Below, piece after piece: positions 35,601 through 44,202 of a stretch of 59,545 nucleotides of DNA. Each line of letters starts with the position of its first letter. Position 1 is the first letter of the stretch. The stretch is from a virus (Duplodnaviria; Caudoviricetes). The notes under the pieces were generated by a model. It searched no databases. It had not been told where the DNA came from and was given only the letters and a program-made list of their open reading frames with translations. The stretch covers positions 1 to 59,545 of the IMG/VR virus record IMGVR_UViG_3300045284_000044. One strand, 5' to 3'. The position numbers were made by a program, and so were the translations under genes.

Positions 35601-36660
35601 TATTAGTTCCTACGAAGTTGTTAAGCAGGGTAATACCTGCATCAGTCATAGACTTAAGATCTGTTCCACCGGCAACTGCTGCCTGGTTGAACAGTGTTAA
35701 CAACTTCGTGGCCTGTGGTATACCTTGGATCTTTGTGCTGGAGAATATCTGATACAACGAGTCGGCCATATCTTGACTGGCCGCCGGGAATTTCTGCATC
35801 TGCGCTAAGACTACATTCTGTAGTCTACCTGAGATACGTGCTGTAGCCGCAGCGCCAGCACCAGAAGGCCGCGCCTGTGACGCAGCCAAAGTTAGTTCGG
35901 TTTGGAAAGAAGCGGCTTTGTGTGCGGCGTATGCTAAAGACGCACCGGCAGCTAGACCAAATAATCTAACTGCACGCGCTGCACTTTGGAAGCCTGTGAT
36001 TATTTCACTAGTACGAATAAGCCGCTGTTGAGCCATCAACCGATCGTTAGCGGCTTTTTCTTCGTACGCGAGTTGTGTCGCTGCTGTCTGCGCTTCTCTA
36101 AGAACGGCATTAGTCTGAACTGCTTGTTCTTCTACTGCTCTTAGATTTCGTTCCATCGCAGCGGACGCTGCGGTCGAACTTCGCTCAACCTCAGCTAACT
36201 TCCCTTGCAGTAATTCAGTCTCACGATTTAGGGTGGCTAAGTTCTCAGCCGCTATCTGCCATTGTGGATTAGCAACTCTTGTGTACGCTCCCATAGGAGT
36301 TTTGCCAGCAATAGTCCTTGGCGTAACTGCTAATGCATCCTCGGCCTTCTGGACAGAGGTTAGATTTCTGCGTAGCGCTTGTTGTCTTGCGCCTATCTTA
36401 TCAAGATTTTTTATTCGTGTGTCATGTAACGCCTGTTCAGCAGCAGCTATCTTCTGCGTGCCAGCGAGTTCACCAGCCGTTACAGCATCTCTCGCTGCTT
36501 GGATCTTTTGAATATTCTGTAGATTACTTTTATCTATTTGGGTTTGAAGGCCTCTTAAATTCGTCATGCCGCGCATGTTTGCAGCGGCGCGTTTAACCAC
36601 CCGAGAAGCCTGATCCTCGGCTCTAATGTAGAATACTAATTCGCGTGCTGTGATTGCCAT
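32668..36660 (-). CDS. Tape measure protein
   Basis: 1330 aa, Ala-rich helical, TP901-like core, hydrophobic segments; follows the tail chaperones. Confidence 0.92.
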   Translation of the reverse strand: MAITARELVFYIRAEDQASRVVKRAAANMRGMTNLRGLQTQIDKSNLQNIQKIQAARDAVTAGELAGTQKIAAAEQALHDTRIKNLDKIGARQQALRRNLTSVQKAEDALAVTPRTIAGKTPMGAYTRVANPQWQIAAENLATLNRETELLQGKLAEVERSSTAASAAMERNLRAVEEQAVQTNAVLREAQTAATQLAYEEKAANDRLMAQQRLIRTSEIITGFQSAARAVRLFGLAAGASLAYAAHKAASFQTELTLAASQARPSGAGAAATARISGRLQNVVLAQMQKFPAASQDMADSLYQIFSSTKIQGIPQATKLLTLFNQAAVAGGTDLKSMTDAGITLLNNFVGTNNEFKTLNPAMERFFAAVRFGRMNAGQFAGSLSYVAGMAKEAGLGFTDVADAMAVLTRQTGARGTTRDAQGLGRLIQQFANPDAIEGMKQLGIQAIDPLTMKMKPLLNIIGQIKQKADLRGVNALNFFKTITALGGDGKGNKGTVQAQRAFAFLINNFKEYQTVSKQVNSDNNELDQSFKALSKSPGVAWQIMLNQIKAAVIVVGREAIPAFIRLGKPIVQLLHWFNGLSEGTKKTIAVWGVFGSAAAVIGGTIAVLAGSILKLVINVKALNIAKLGEETGSATAKFSIWLTVIVAIVAAFIHWHKQAMQVVNALGGLKNVVTMIGTALTAWGLLKLVTGLGKVATAAQVATKEVGLLRLMLLSIQRMGPIAVAIVVTEIFTHKGAIDKWISHQIDKLPSWMGGGGTNKMSWSDVVKKAGPDFKSSGIGGDFSRQIISDMQKTVKTVTPKLSDLKQMAKAGDTDAAKLLRTYYYASAFLNRAYGKSVGVAEVIPKRTDQSIRKGAADIRGMATAAATATTHTATLTANWNKLWEKVVSLDKVIKGEKMPSRGELQKLLDAQDALQKASKGNQYAAAMEYLSALEQGWTKTSKAAEKAAKSMDKGAASQIDSYIDVVVKLKKAYDLSGTLADAKKYQAGMDQLNKLYASDASQMYINDRISKLTDTSTVVDKASDKLIDSRIKAVAKLQKAYSLHGTLTNARAYFAALDKLNTDYASEASQDYISKYLDKVNNADKKRLDLMKQNKQNAISQQKDLVSGIQQIYDNFLQQNQQNMGDLFQGPWMQGRMVQTGIQFGFAPRGVDILKDAKAQLFQFRRFNSDLDKLRKRGAPKAMIDAFRAMGPSEKANIEALIKLHPAKWDEYVRTWNARQHIIKTTTMKQLNAQLTIYESHGKKIANAIIRGIKSENVKLTGVFEQMIRKMFPGLERQANPHGGGGGTQNVNQPRKVADHLHFHFNGKGVSADDKAAVKKVLFRLQNG

Positions 36661-36986
36661 TAATTGTTGTTCATTCGCTGCTGTGCGTGCTCTGCCTTTG
36701 ATCTGTTACTGGAATCATCTAGCTCAGCTTGATCTAGCGCCTTGAGTGCCTTGAGTAATTTAAGCATCGTGACACTCCGTTGATTAGATAGACTACCAGG
36801 TTCGGGTAAACACTTTAGACGGTCACATATCCCAGCTGTAGTGATCCAACGTTGCGCGTCCAATATAGTATCGTACGTCACCCACGTTGGATCACCAGTG
36901 TCGGGATCATTATAAAGAAAGCCCCCGTCCTCTAAACCGAACTCGGTTCTTCCTCTTGCGACGAAGTAGCACGCTTGATAAAATCC
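36660..36986 (-). CDS. Tail assembly chaperone -1 frameshift extension (gpGT-like)
   Basis: The -1 frame from G-GAT-TTT (36980-36986) reads YQACYFVARGRTEFG... without a stop into ORF 36660..36881. Confidence 0.85.
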   Translation of the reverse strand, partial: GFYQACYFVARGRTEFGLEDGGFLYNDPDTGDPTWVTYDTILDAQRWITTAGICDRLKCLPEPGSLSNQRSVTMLKLLKALKALDQAELDDSSNRSKAEHAQQRMNNN

Positions 36987-37390
36987 TCAGCGTTTTCCAT
37001 ATCCTCCGGGTTGTTTAGGTCGTCAATGTATCCTTCAATTTCCTGAGCAATCCGAGGATTTAAGACCTTAAAGGTCAGGGGATTCGTGAAGTCAAGAGCA
37101 TTACCTTGCTGATCGGTTAAGTTAGTCTCACCGACACAGTAAGCAAAGTCAAACATCTGTCCTACTTCGGACATAGTCTGCAAATCTACTTCGGGTAGCT
37201 CGTCCTGCTGACCTTTACGTCTGCGATCCTGCGGCCTCCGAGCTTGCATCCTCATCTTAAGAGTCTTGTCTTGCCGCTCCAAGAGTTGGCCATAGCTCAA
37301 AGGCCGCAACATCACATATCCATCAGGCGGTGCTGTCTTTAGATTATACCGCGTATACTCAGAGGGATCAACAACTGCGACTGGACTCAT
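36932..37390 (-). CDS. Tail assembly chaperone (gpG-like)
   Basis: Between tail tube and tape measure; RBS AAGGAG before ATG 37390; slippery site near the 3' end. Confidence 0.85.
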   Translation of the reverse strand: MSPVAVVDPSEYTRYNLKTAPPDGYVMLRPLSYGQLLERQDKTLKMRMQARRPQDRRRKGQQDELPEVDLQTMSEVGQMFDFAYCVGETNLTDQQGNALDFTNPLTFKVLNPRIAQEIEGYIDDLNNPEDMENAEDFIKRATSSQEEEPSSV

Positions 37391-37413
37391 ATCACTACTC
37401 TCCTTTGAATTAA

Positions 37414-38427
37414 TTACGTGATGTTTGTGGGCGACTTGCAAGTGATGTTATAAGCGTCCCCACCAGCAACACCAACACCGCGTCCCGTAACGCGGGCAGC
37501 AACTAGATCGCCCATACCAGGAGTATCAACTTCGTAAGTCTCGTAGAACGAGTTATTGAAGTCAACCCGAACCGCGGCAGTTGAAGCGGCATACGTACCG
37601 GAAACACCGCCCGGACGGAGTGCTTCAAGTCTCATCGCCATAGGAGTGTTGTTAACCATCTTGGCGTATTCGACCTTATCCAAGAAGTCCAGAGTCGTGT
37701 CATAGGTAGCCATAGTCTCACCATAGCTAATGAACGACGCTGATCTATCTGGCCTGATGCGATTCTGAGCAGCGGCATTATAGTTAAACGTAGCCGTGTA
37801 CCCATCGAAGTTATTGATACGGGTTCCTGCGAATGCAGGAGTAGGTCCAGCACTATCAAGGTAAATCGAACTTGCATCTGCACCAAATAGAGCAGGAGCA
37901 AGCCAAGCAGAAGTACCAAGGCCAACAGGATCTTGCTCCGCTAGACCAAGGATACTCATAGTGCATTCAAGGATTCCGGTGTTAATCGTAAATGCAAACT
38001 GCCCAACTACGCAGCCCGAATAACCGAATCCCACACCATTACGAACAATGGTAATTGACAGTCCTGGTGCGCTGCCTCCTGGATATGCCGAACCAAAGTT
38101 ACTCGGAACTGCCTTATACACATAAGGCCCAGTTCCTGTTTTAGTAACAGTATGCCTCGACGCATACAGGAAGTACGGCAAGAACGTAGCATCTACCTCG
38201 AATTGGATATCACCCTCTACGTGGTAGAAAGACTGCTTTGCATCGCTAACGATAGTGGTCTCACGAATCTGCGGTGAGAAATACTTGGCTTCATTGTATA
38301 CTAAGGTTTCCGATAGTACAGGAATCCAGGCTCCTACTCCAGAAGTCGGATCAATGTACGTACCGTAGACCGCTTCTTTAACAACATAAATCTTGTTGAG
38401 ACCACCTAAACCAGCAGTTGTAGGCAT
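37414..38427 (-). CDS. Major tail tube protein
   Basis: 337 aa; KEAVYGT, VEGDIQFE, YSGCVVGQFAF; synteny. Confidence 0.85.
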   Translation of the reverse strand: MPTTAGLGGLNKIYVVKEAVYGTYIDPTSGVGAWIPVLSETLVYNEAKYFSPQIRETTIVSDAKQSFYHVEGDIQFEVDATFLPYFLYASRHTVTKTGTGPYVYKAVPSNFGSAYPGGSAPGLSITIVRNGVGFGYSGCVVGQFAFTINTGILECTMSILGLAEQDPVGLGTSAWLAPALFGADASSIYLDSAGPTPAFAGTRINNFDGYTATFNYNAAAQNRIRPDRSASFISYGETMATYDTTLDFLDKVEYAKMVNNTPMAMRLEALRPGGVSGTYAASTAAVRVDFNNSFYETYEVDTPGMGDLVAARVTGRGVGVAGGDAYNITCKSPTNIT

Positions 38428-38774
38428 TAGCTGTCCTCACCTTCCGTGGTGGTCTTATTCTTCGCTGCTGACTTATTTCCTTGTGATCCAGTATCTTCTT
38501 GCTGTGTTTCTACTTCAGGCTCAGGATGCGCGTCAACCTCAGCATCAGGTTGCTTCGACGCTTCTGCTGCTTCCTCAGGAGTAGGAAACTTGCCTGTAAA
38601 GTTGGGGCTTTTACTAACGTCGTCAAAAGAATTACCAGTCCGTGACTCGTACTCGTCGATAACCTCCTGGTCTACATCGACAGCCTCGTTATTAGTCAAC
38701 ACGGCGTTGAGGCCCGGAATGGTAAATCCTTCTCCATCTGGTAAAGCTGGGTGAACATATTTAATCTTAGCCAT
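38427..38774 (-). CDS. Hypothetical virion-associated protein
   Basis: Coupled within the tail operon. Confidence 0.65.
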   Translation of the reverse strand: MAKIKYVHPALPDGEGFTIPGLNAVLTNNEAVDVDQEVIDEYESRTGNSFDDVSKSPNFTGKFPTPEEAAEASKQPDAEVDAHPEPEVETQQEDTGSQGNKSAAKNKTTTEGEDS

Positions 38775-39226
38775 TAGAACGGAACCTCCGCCGTCGCTTG
38801 ATACGTTAGGAGGGTACTTACCACGAATGCACTTGGTTTCATCTGTGGCCTGATAACGCCGGCCCTTTCGTTAATCACATAACCAAATATGATTCGGTTC
38901 TGTATCTCTTTGTCTGACTCTAGAAAATTAACGAGACTAGTAACTAGAGCCAGCATTTCCTTCGAACGAACTCGGTGACTCTCTGTTGCCTCCGCGTGCA
39001 TTACATAGAAGTCCAAAGTCCATTGGACTAGAAACATATGTGTTGCATGTACGGTCTTGCTTGTGGCGCCGGTCGAAACCTGCACAGCCGGATAATACAC
39101 GGTCAGCGGATCATCGTACGCGCCAACAAACTTAAACCCAAGTTCTTCAATATTATCATCGAGAGCGGCGACCCAATAGTCAGCCAGATCCTCGATGCGA
39201 GTAAATATGTCAGTTGCAACAGGCAT
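38774..39226 (-). CDS. Tail terminator-like protein
   Basis: Size, YPAVQV motif, position upstream of the tail tube. Confidence 0.65.
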   Translation of the reverse strand: MPVATDIFTRIEDLADYWVAALDDNIEELGFKFVGAYDDPLTVYYPAVQVSTGATSKTVHATHMFLVQWTLDFYVMHAEATESHRVRSKEMLALVTSLVNFLESDKEIQNRIIFGYVINERAGVIRPQMKPSAFVVSTLLTYQATAEVPF

Positions 39227-39981
39227 TAGCCAACCTTAGGCCCGAACCGGCCACCAATACGTTGCTGAACAGTACCCGAAGGACGAACATAGAACTTAGT
39301 GGGATCGGAGAAATCTCTGGTAGTTGAAGAAGATGCTGGGGGTGGAGTGTAATGGTATTCTTCTTCAACAAAGTCGAAGCCTGTGTGCGTAGCTTCTTCG
39401 AACCACTTATCAAATACCGCAATAACCTCTACTTCGGCATCTTGGGATAGTCCGATAAACGCACGACGTGGTAGAGCCATACCTCTACCAATACCCATGC
39501 TATCGTGCGCGCTTTCACCTTTACTAGTCGCTCCGGCAGACTTCATTGCTGCAAATCTTTCGCGGTAGTCCCGTGCATTACCTACGTTTTCTGTGCCAGA
39601 TCCAGTTTGATGATATAACCCGTAGAATGGCAACCCCGACGTGTCAAAGTAAACTGAATCTCCAACAACTTTGAATGCTTCTGGATTGGTAGCCGCTGTC
39701 TCCAGAGGAAACCCTTCCGTCCTACGCAATATGTCTGCTGGATAACCAAGTGATATTTTGCTCGCTAGATATTCAGGATCAAGTGCAACCCATTGGTCAC
39801 CATCAGGATCAGTCTCAGTATCAAACCGCCGCTTCATATCGTTTCTGGCGATCACAGCTGATTCCTCTAACGGTACACCTATAGCCCCTAATGCATCAGC
39901 TATACTAAAGAGTTCCTGTTCAGCTTCAACCGCACCCTCTAGGCCAATATCAACTATGGGGAGTACGGCAAACTCTGACAT
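39226..39981 (-). CDS. Tail completion / virion morphogenesis protein (Mu gpG-like)
   Basis: RFDTETDPDGDQW..L, YGLYHQTG, LPRRAFIGLS. Confidence 0.8.
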   Translation of the reverse strand: MSEFAVLPIVDIGLEGAVEAEQELFSIADALGAIGVPLEESAVIARNDMKRRFDTETDPDGDQWVALDPEYLASKISLGYPADILRRTEGFPLETAATNPEAFKVVGDSVYFDTSGLPFYGLYHQTGSGTENVGNARDYRERFAAMKSAGATSKGESAHDSMGIGRGMALPRRAFIGLSQDAEVEVIAVFDKWFEEATHTGFDFVEEEYHYTPPPASSSTTRDFSDPTKFYVRPSGTVQQRIGGRFGPKVG

Positions 39982-40442
39982 TAAAGTCCCTGGTGCCCGA
40001 ATTCCCTAACCATAGTGAATACAGGAATACCGTCATTAGGGAAGACGTCAAGAGAAGGATCTAAATCAGTGCTGTTCCCAATGATCGGATCACCATTAAC
40101 ATCTACTACAATGAGAGATCCGTCCTTGATACTCGCGAGCATCATTATTGCTTCGGTATAAAGAGAGAGTGCATAGCCGGGAACCTCATCGCCAGATTCT
40201 TGGCTGATTAGTTCAGCGTAGTATCTGGCCGCAATCAGTCTCCCGGCTATCGCTCTTATTAACTCTGGCGTACTATCAGGATTAACCCATAACGCCAGAG
40301 TTGTGGGAGGATACACAGCTGCTAGCTGAGCACGAATCAGACGTTGAGCATCAACTTGAAGTTGTGCACTACTATCCTGTACCTGTACGTTCGGAGGCAG
40401 GAAAGTGTTAACGTCCTCGATGCTAGCTAGTAGCTGTGTCAT
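39981..40442 (-). CDS. Head-tail adaptor (Mu gp36/DUF1320-like)
   Basis: ASIEDV, TPELIRAIA, AIMMLASIKDG. Confidence 0.75.
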   Translation of the reverse strand: MTQLLASIEDVNTFLPPNVQVQDSSAQLQVDAQRLIRAQLAAVYPPTTLALWVNPDSTPELIRAIAGRLIAARYYAELISQESGDEVPGYALSLYTEAIMMLASIKDGSLIVVDVNGDPIIGNSTDLDPSLDVFPNDGIPVFTMVREFGHQGL

Positions 40443-40815
40443 CCTCGTCCACGTCCTCGTCCTCTACAACTACAACTTCGTCCTCGTCCTCATCCTCGTC
40501 CTGGTCATACGCATCAGGATTGTACCCTTCGTCCAGTTCCCTCTGCATTTCACGAATTGCTCTTAATGCAGCTCTCCGTGGTGATTCGTCACTTCTTGTT
40601 TCAGGGTATTCCGTTGGGCGAATAGAACCTACTTCGATCAGGTTTTTATATTCGTCCTCCGAGGTAAACATACCCGGAGAAACTTCGGTGCCAGGCTTAA
40701 GTGTAGTCATAGCACCGATTTGTTTTGGATCTTGGATACGAATATTAGACCATGCGTAATAGGTTCTATCCGCCCTTGGAGTTCTGCGAGTTCGTGTAGT
40801 ACGTGTACGAGCCAT
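40423..40815 (-). CDS. Hypothetical protein with basic N-terminus and acidic C-terminus
   Basis: RBS AAGGAG; directly after the capsid gene. Confidence 0.7.
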   Translation of the reverse strand: MARTRTTRTRRTPRADRTYYAWSNIRIQDPKQIGAMTTLKPGTEVSPGMFTSEDEYKNLIEVGSIRPTEYPETRSDESPRRAALRAIREMQRELDEGYNPDAYDQDEDEDEDEVVVVEDEDVDEDDTATS

Positions 40816-40833
40816 AACTCTCCTTTGACTACC

Positions 40834-41874
40834 TTACGAAACCTGAGCGACGGCTGTCTTGATAAGGAAACCGGCGACAGGAGAAACGATCTTCACGTCG
40901 TACTTGTATGAGTTACGAACGACGTCAGTCTTTCTTTCGATCTCAGTCCAACGCTCGGTAGGACGAGTTGCACCACCAGCACCCGTATACTGCTGAGCAA
41001 ATGTCTTAGCGAATGTCTTAGTCTTTTGACCAGGCTGCGGATCGACAAGACCGATCCAAACATCCTGTCCCCAAAGAGACACAATGTTCTCAGGATCGTC
41101 AACAGAAGAAGCATTATTGATACGAGAATCTGTAACAATAACGTTCATCGGCCCAGCCTCGGGCGGAAGCTGCATAAGCGTACGCCAAGCATCAGGCTGG
41201 TTCAGCGAGAAGTTCTTGAACCTATCCACTACCCGCGGATGGTTCTCGATAATACCAATCGCGTCGAATGGAATCGTGAGAGTATTAGGCCAACGCAACG
41301 TAGCCAGGTAAATCACCTGTGCCGCGTGCCTAATGTCTGCCACGGGATTCGATACGATCGAATAAGGATCGAGAGGCGTAACGAATGCGTAGTTATTCCA
41401 CTGAGAAGTACCCGTTAGCGTGGTAGTGTTACTTGCCGGGTACTGAGAAGTGTCGCGGAAGATAGTGCTAATCTTAACTTCCAACTCACGTAAGATAGCA
41501 CCCGCAACATCGTCTGCTGCATCAGCATGAGGGTCGATCTGCAAGTCCCCACCGAACACGGGATTAGCAAGTCCACCCAACGAATGCAACTGCTGCATCT
41601 CTTCCCAATAAACATCAGCGGCAAGGCTGTGCTCTTGGGTGTGGAACTGATCCTCACTCCACTTGCGTCCCTGGATCTTGTTAGCAACTGCACCAGGCTC
41701 GCGGCGAGAACGATAAACAAGCCAATGGCTTCTATCGTAAACGCGGTAACGACCTGACTGTGTATTAACAGGAGTTTCGGGAGCAAGCCTTAGACCATAG
41801 AGCTGTTGATCCGGCATACCAATCGAAAGATTGGTGAGGATAGGATCATAGTAAAGACCACTAGGATCATACAT
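40834..41874 (-). CDS. Major capsid protein
   Basis: YDPILTNLSIG..., NPVADI, PNTLTI, VAGFLIKTAV; follows the protease and cement genes. Confidence 0.88.
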   Translation of the reverse strand: MYDPSGLYYDPILTNLSIGMPDQQLYGLRLAPETPVNTQSGRYRVYDRSHWLVYRSRREPGAVANKIQGRKWSEDQFHTQEHSLAADVYWEEMQQLHSLGGLANPVFGGDLQIDPHADAADDVAGAILRELEVKISTIFRDTSQYPASNTTTLTGTSQWNNYAFVTPLDPYSIVSNPVADIRHAAQVIYLATLRWPNTLTIPFDAIGIIENHPRVVDRFKNFSLNQPDAWRTLMQLPPEAGPMNVIVTDSRINNASSVDDPENIVSLWGQDVWIGLVDPQPGQKTKTFAKTFAQQYTGAGGATRPTERWTEIERKTDVVRNSYKYDVKIVSPVAGFLIKTAVAQVS

Positions 41875-41894
41875 GGTTAGTTTTTCACCTACCC

Positions 41895-42305
41895 CTAACT
41901 GAACTTAGTACCAGGATCGGTAAGGAACACTGAGCACATACTACCAGCACCAGCAGCCGGTTCGTTAACATAGCCGCAAACCCAGTTACCAGCTACAGCA
42001 ACAACAGCGCGGCCAGAAGAATCAACAGTAACAACCTGTCCTTCTGTCAACGCTGAGCCAGCTTCGACGAGTGCAATTCCGTCCATAACAACGGAACAAC
42101 CCTTACCCTTACCGATTTCAGTTGTCGAAACACTAAACTTCGACACACCGATAGGGGGAGTCGGGCCGGTGGGGCTACTTGCCTGTAAAACAGATTCACC
42201 ATCAGCGGCAGTCGTATCAATTACAACGAAACGACCCTTGCTAATAGCAGAACTAGCATTGCGGCCCTTAGTAAGACCGTCATTGAAAGTCGGAGCAGGC
42301 GACAT
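41895..42305 (-). CDS. Capsid cement / decoration protein (DUF2190-like)
   Basis: GIALVEAGSALTEGQVVTVDSSGRAV. Confidence 0.8.
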   Translation of the reverse strand: MSPAPTFNDGLTKGRNASSAISKGRFVVIDTTAADGESVLQASSPTGPTPPIGVSKFSVSTTEIGKGKGCSVVMDGIALVEAGSALTEGQVVTVDSSGRAVVAVAGNWVCGYVNEPAAGAGSMCSVFLTDPGTKFS

Positions 42306-43789
42306 TATGACCTAACCTCCATGTACGCCTCGAACAATTGAGGATTCCGCTTGGCTGCCATAGTAGTAGCCTCACGGAAATCGTGCCCATCATCTTCCTT
42401 CTGAATTGCAGATACCAACTCAGCGAACTGCTGACGAACCTGCTGAATACCACCAGTAGGAACTCCACCATTAGGAGCAGGATCAGTCAACTGAGTTGCT
42501 CCACCTGTAGTACCAACTTCACCGTAATCGACAATACCACTTTCGAAGATAGACTTCATGGTAGTCTCGAAATCGGTAGGAGTAGCCCTTCCCTCGTTCA
42601 GCTTGATATGAAGTTCCTGAACCTCGGAAAGACACTTGCCACTAAGACCCTTAGAAGTTTCGATAGTAACAGTCTCTTCCTTACCATCGACTTCCTTTGT
42701 AGTCCAGTCGCTAAAGCGCATACGACCAATGTTCTCCGCGAATTCCTTGGAATCGCGTGTGCGCTCCTTGTCCTCTAATGCACGCATACGAGCAAATTCC
42801 TCGGGGAACTGTTCCGCGAAAACAACATTACCCTTCACGTCCTGCTTAAGCTGACGCAAGGGCTGTAACTCGTCCATGTTCTTGGTTAGCTCGGTGAAAC
42901 ACTTCTCACTAAGCTCCGTCTCATCGTCGCCCTCGGCAAACTGAATACCGAGACTTTCGGCAAGACGCTTTAGGTACTCATTCATTTGACCACCCTTTTG
43001 CCGAGACAACATTGCGCGAGCCTTGGCAAGTAATGAACTACGTAAAGAATCACTAAGCCAAGACTTACCACCAACAGTACCAGTTCCCTTTTGACTCAAT
43101 CGTGAAATTGCTGCACGAATATGAGCCGTGTCGTTAACAGGTAAATGCTTGGTACCGTCGGCTTCGACGTATAAAAACTTAGAACTAGGTAATGATTTCC
43201 TAGCCTTGCTAGTTAGAGTGGCAAATTCATACCCCTCACTCAGGGCGATGGCCTCTAACTCTAGTTCCTCGTCGTCGACTTCGATTTCGATTTCGACTTC
43301 GTCGTACAACTCACTAAAATTGACGGGAAGTGGATTGAGTCCTTTTGCAGCCGGACGGTTGGTAAGTCCACCACCAAGTAAGACGTTGGTATGAACTACT
43401 CCATCATCATGTTCGTATTCGTCCATCCAGTCACTAGAAAAGTATTTCCACTCTCCATCTTGTATTTCCTTCTTTGCTGTGGGGGTGAAAGCTACGTTAA
43501 GAAGTAGCTTGTCATTCTCCACCTTGGCATCACGAATTGATCCCGATGCCTTCTTGCCCTTAGACGTATCACGTCCGTGTTCGTAGTCGGTTGTCAGCTC
43601 GATACCACGAACATTCTGTTTGACGGAATCGGCAAGAGCTTCCAGCTTGCTTCTATCAACTGGAATTACGCCATACTGGGCTGTATGATAGTCCTTAACG
43701 CCCAATGCCTCGATCCATACTCCATCGTCGGCAAACGTAAAACCCCGCACAGGGGCAAGACTGAACAACATCTTGTCTAGATCACTCAT
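42305..43789 (-). CDS. Mu-like prohead protease / scaffold
   Basis: DYEH, WKYFSS, GGGLTNRPA; C-terminal helical scaffold. Confidence 0.88.
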   Translation of the reverse strand: MSDLDKMLFSLAPVRGFTFADDGVWIEALGVKDYHTAQYGVIPVDRSKLEALADSVKQNVRGIELTTDYEHGRDTSKGKKASGSIRDAKVENDKLLLNVAFTPTAKKEIQDGEWKYFSSDWMDEYEHDDGVVHTNVLLGGGLTNRPAAKGLNPLPVNFSELYDEVEIEIEVDDEELELEAIALSEGYEFATLTSKARKSLPSSKFLYVEADGTKHLPVNDTAHIRAAISRLSQKGTGTVGGKSWLSDSLRSSLLAKARAMLSRQKGGQMNEYLKRLAESLGIQFAEGDDETELSEKCFTELTKNMDELQPLRQLKQDVKGNVVFAEQFPEEFARMRALEDKERTRDSKEFAENIGRMRFSDWTTKEVDGKEETVTIETSKGLSGKCLSEVQELHIKLNEGRATPTDFETTMKSIFESGIVDYGEVGTTGGATQLTDPAPNGGVPTGGIQQVRQQFAELVSAIQKEDDGHDFREATTMAAKRNPQLFEAYMEVRS

Positions 43790-43958
43790 GCTGGAGTCAC
43801 CGTATCAATCCATTGTTTATCAATTGAACCGTCATCTCCAGGAGGCAGAGTAGGCCAACGATAGTTCTTAGGAGGCCCGCTATCGTCGTATACATACGAA
43901 GCGTAGTCAGGGTTCTGAGACTGACCTGCGGGAGTAAATTCTTCTAAGGGTATGTTAA

Positions 43959-44201
43959 TCACTCCACAAACACCCCTCTCACTCTTACTCGCTTTTCTTC
44001 ATGGAAATCTAGTTTAGACCAGCAGCCAAAGATCATTTCACATGGAACGTGTGCTGAGAAAAGTGTATCACAATTCTCTACGTGCGCTGTGCCTTCCTCC
44101 GAATCAATTCCTAAAACGTAGTACAGACTTCTACCGTCTGTGAAATAGTCTCCCTCAACAATCGCGCCGTAAACCTGCAATTCAGTTTTAACTGCTCCCA
44201 T
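43959..44201 (-). CDS. Small hypothetical protein
   Basis: 3' part of ORF 43959..44480; ATG just after the portal stop. Confidence 0.55.
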   Translation of the reverse strand: MGAVKTELQVYGAIVEGDYFTDGRSLYYVLGIDSEEGTAHVENCDTLFSAHVPCEMIFGCWSKLDFHEEKRVRVRGVFVE

Positions 44202-44202
44202 C

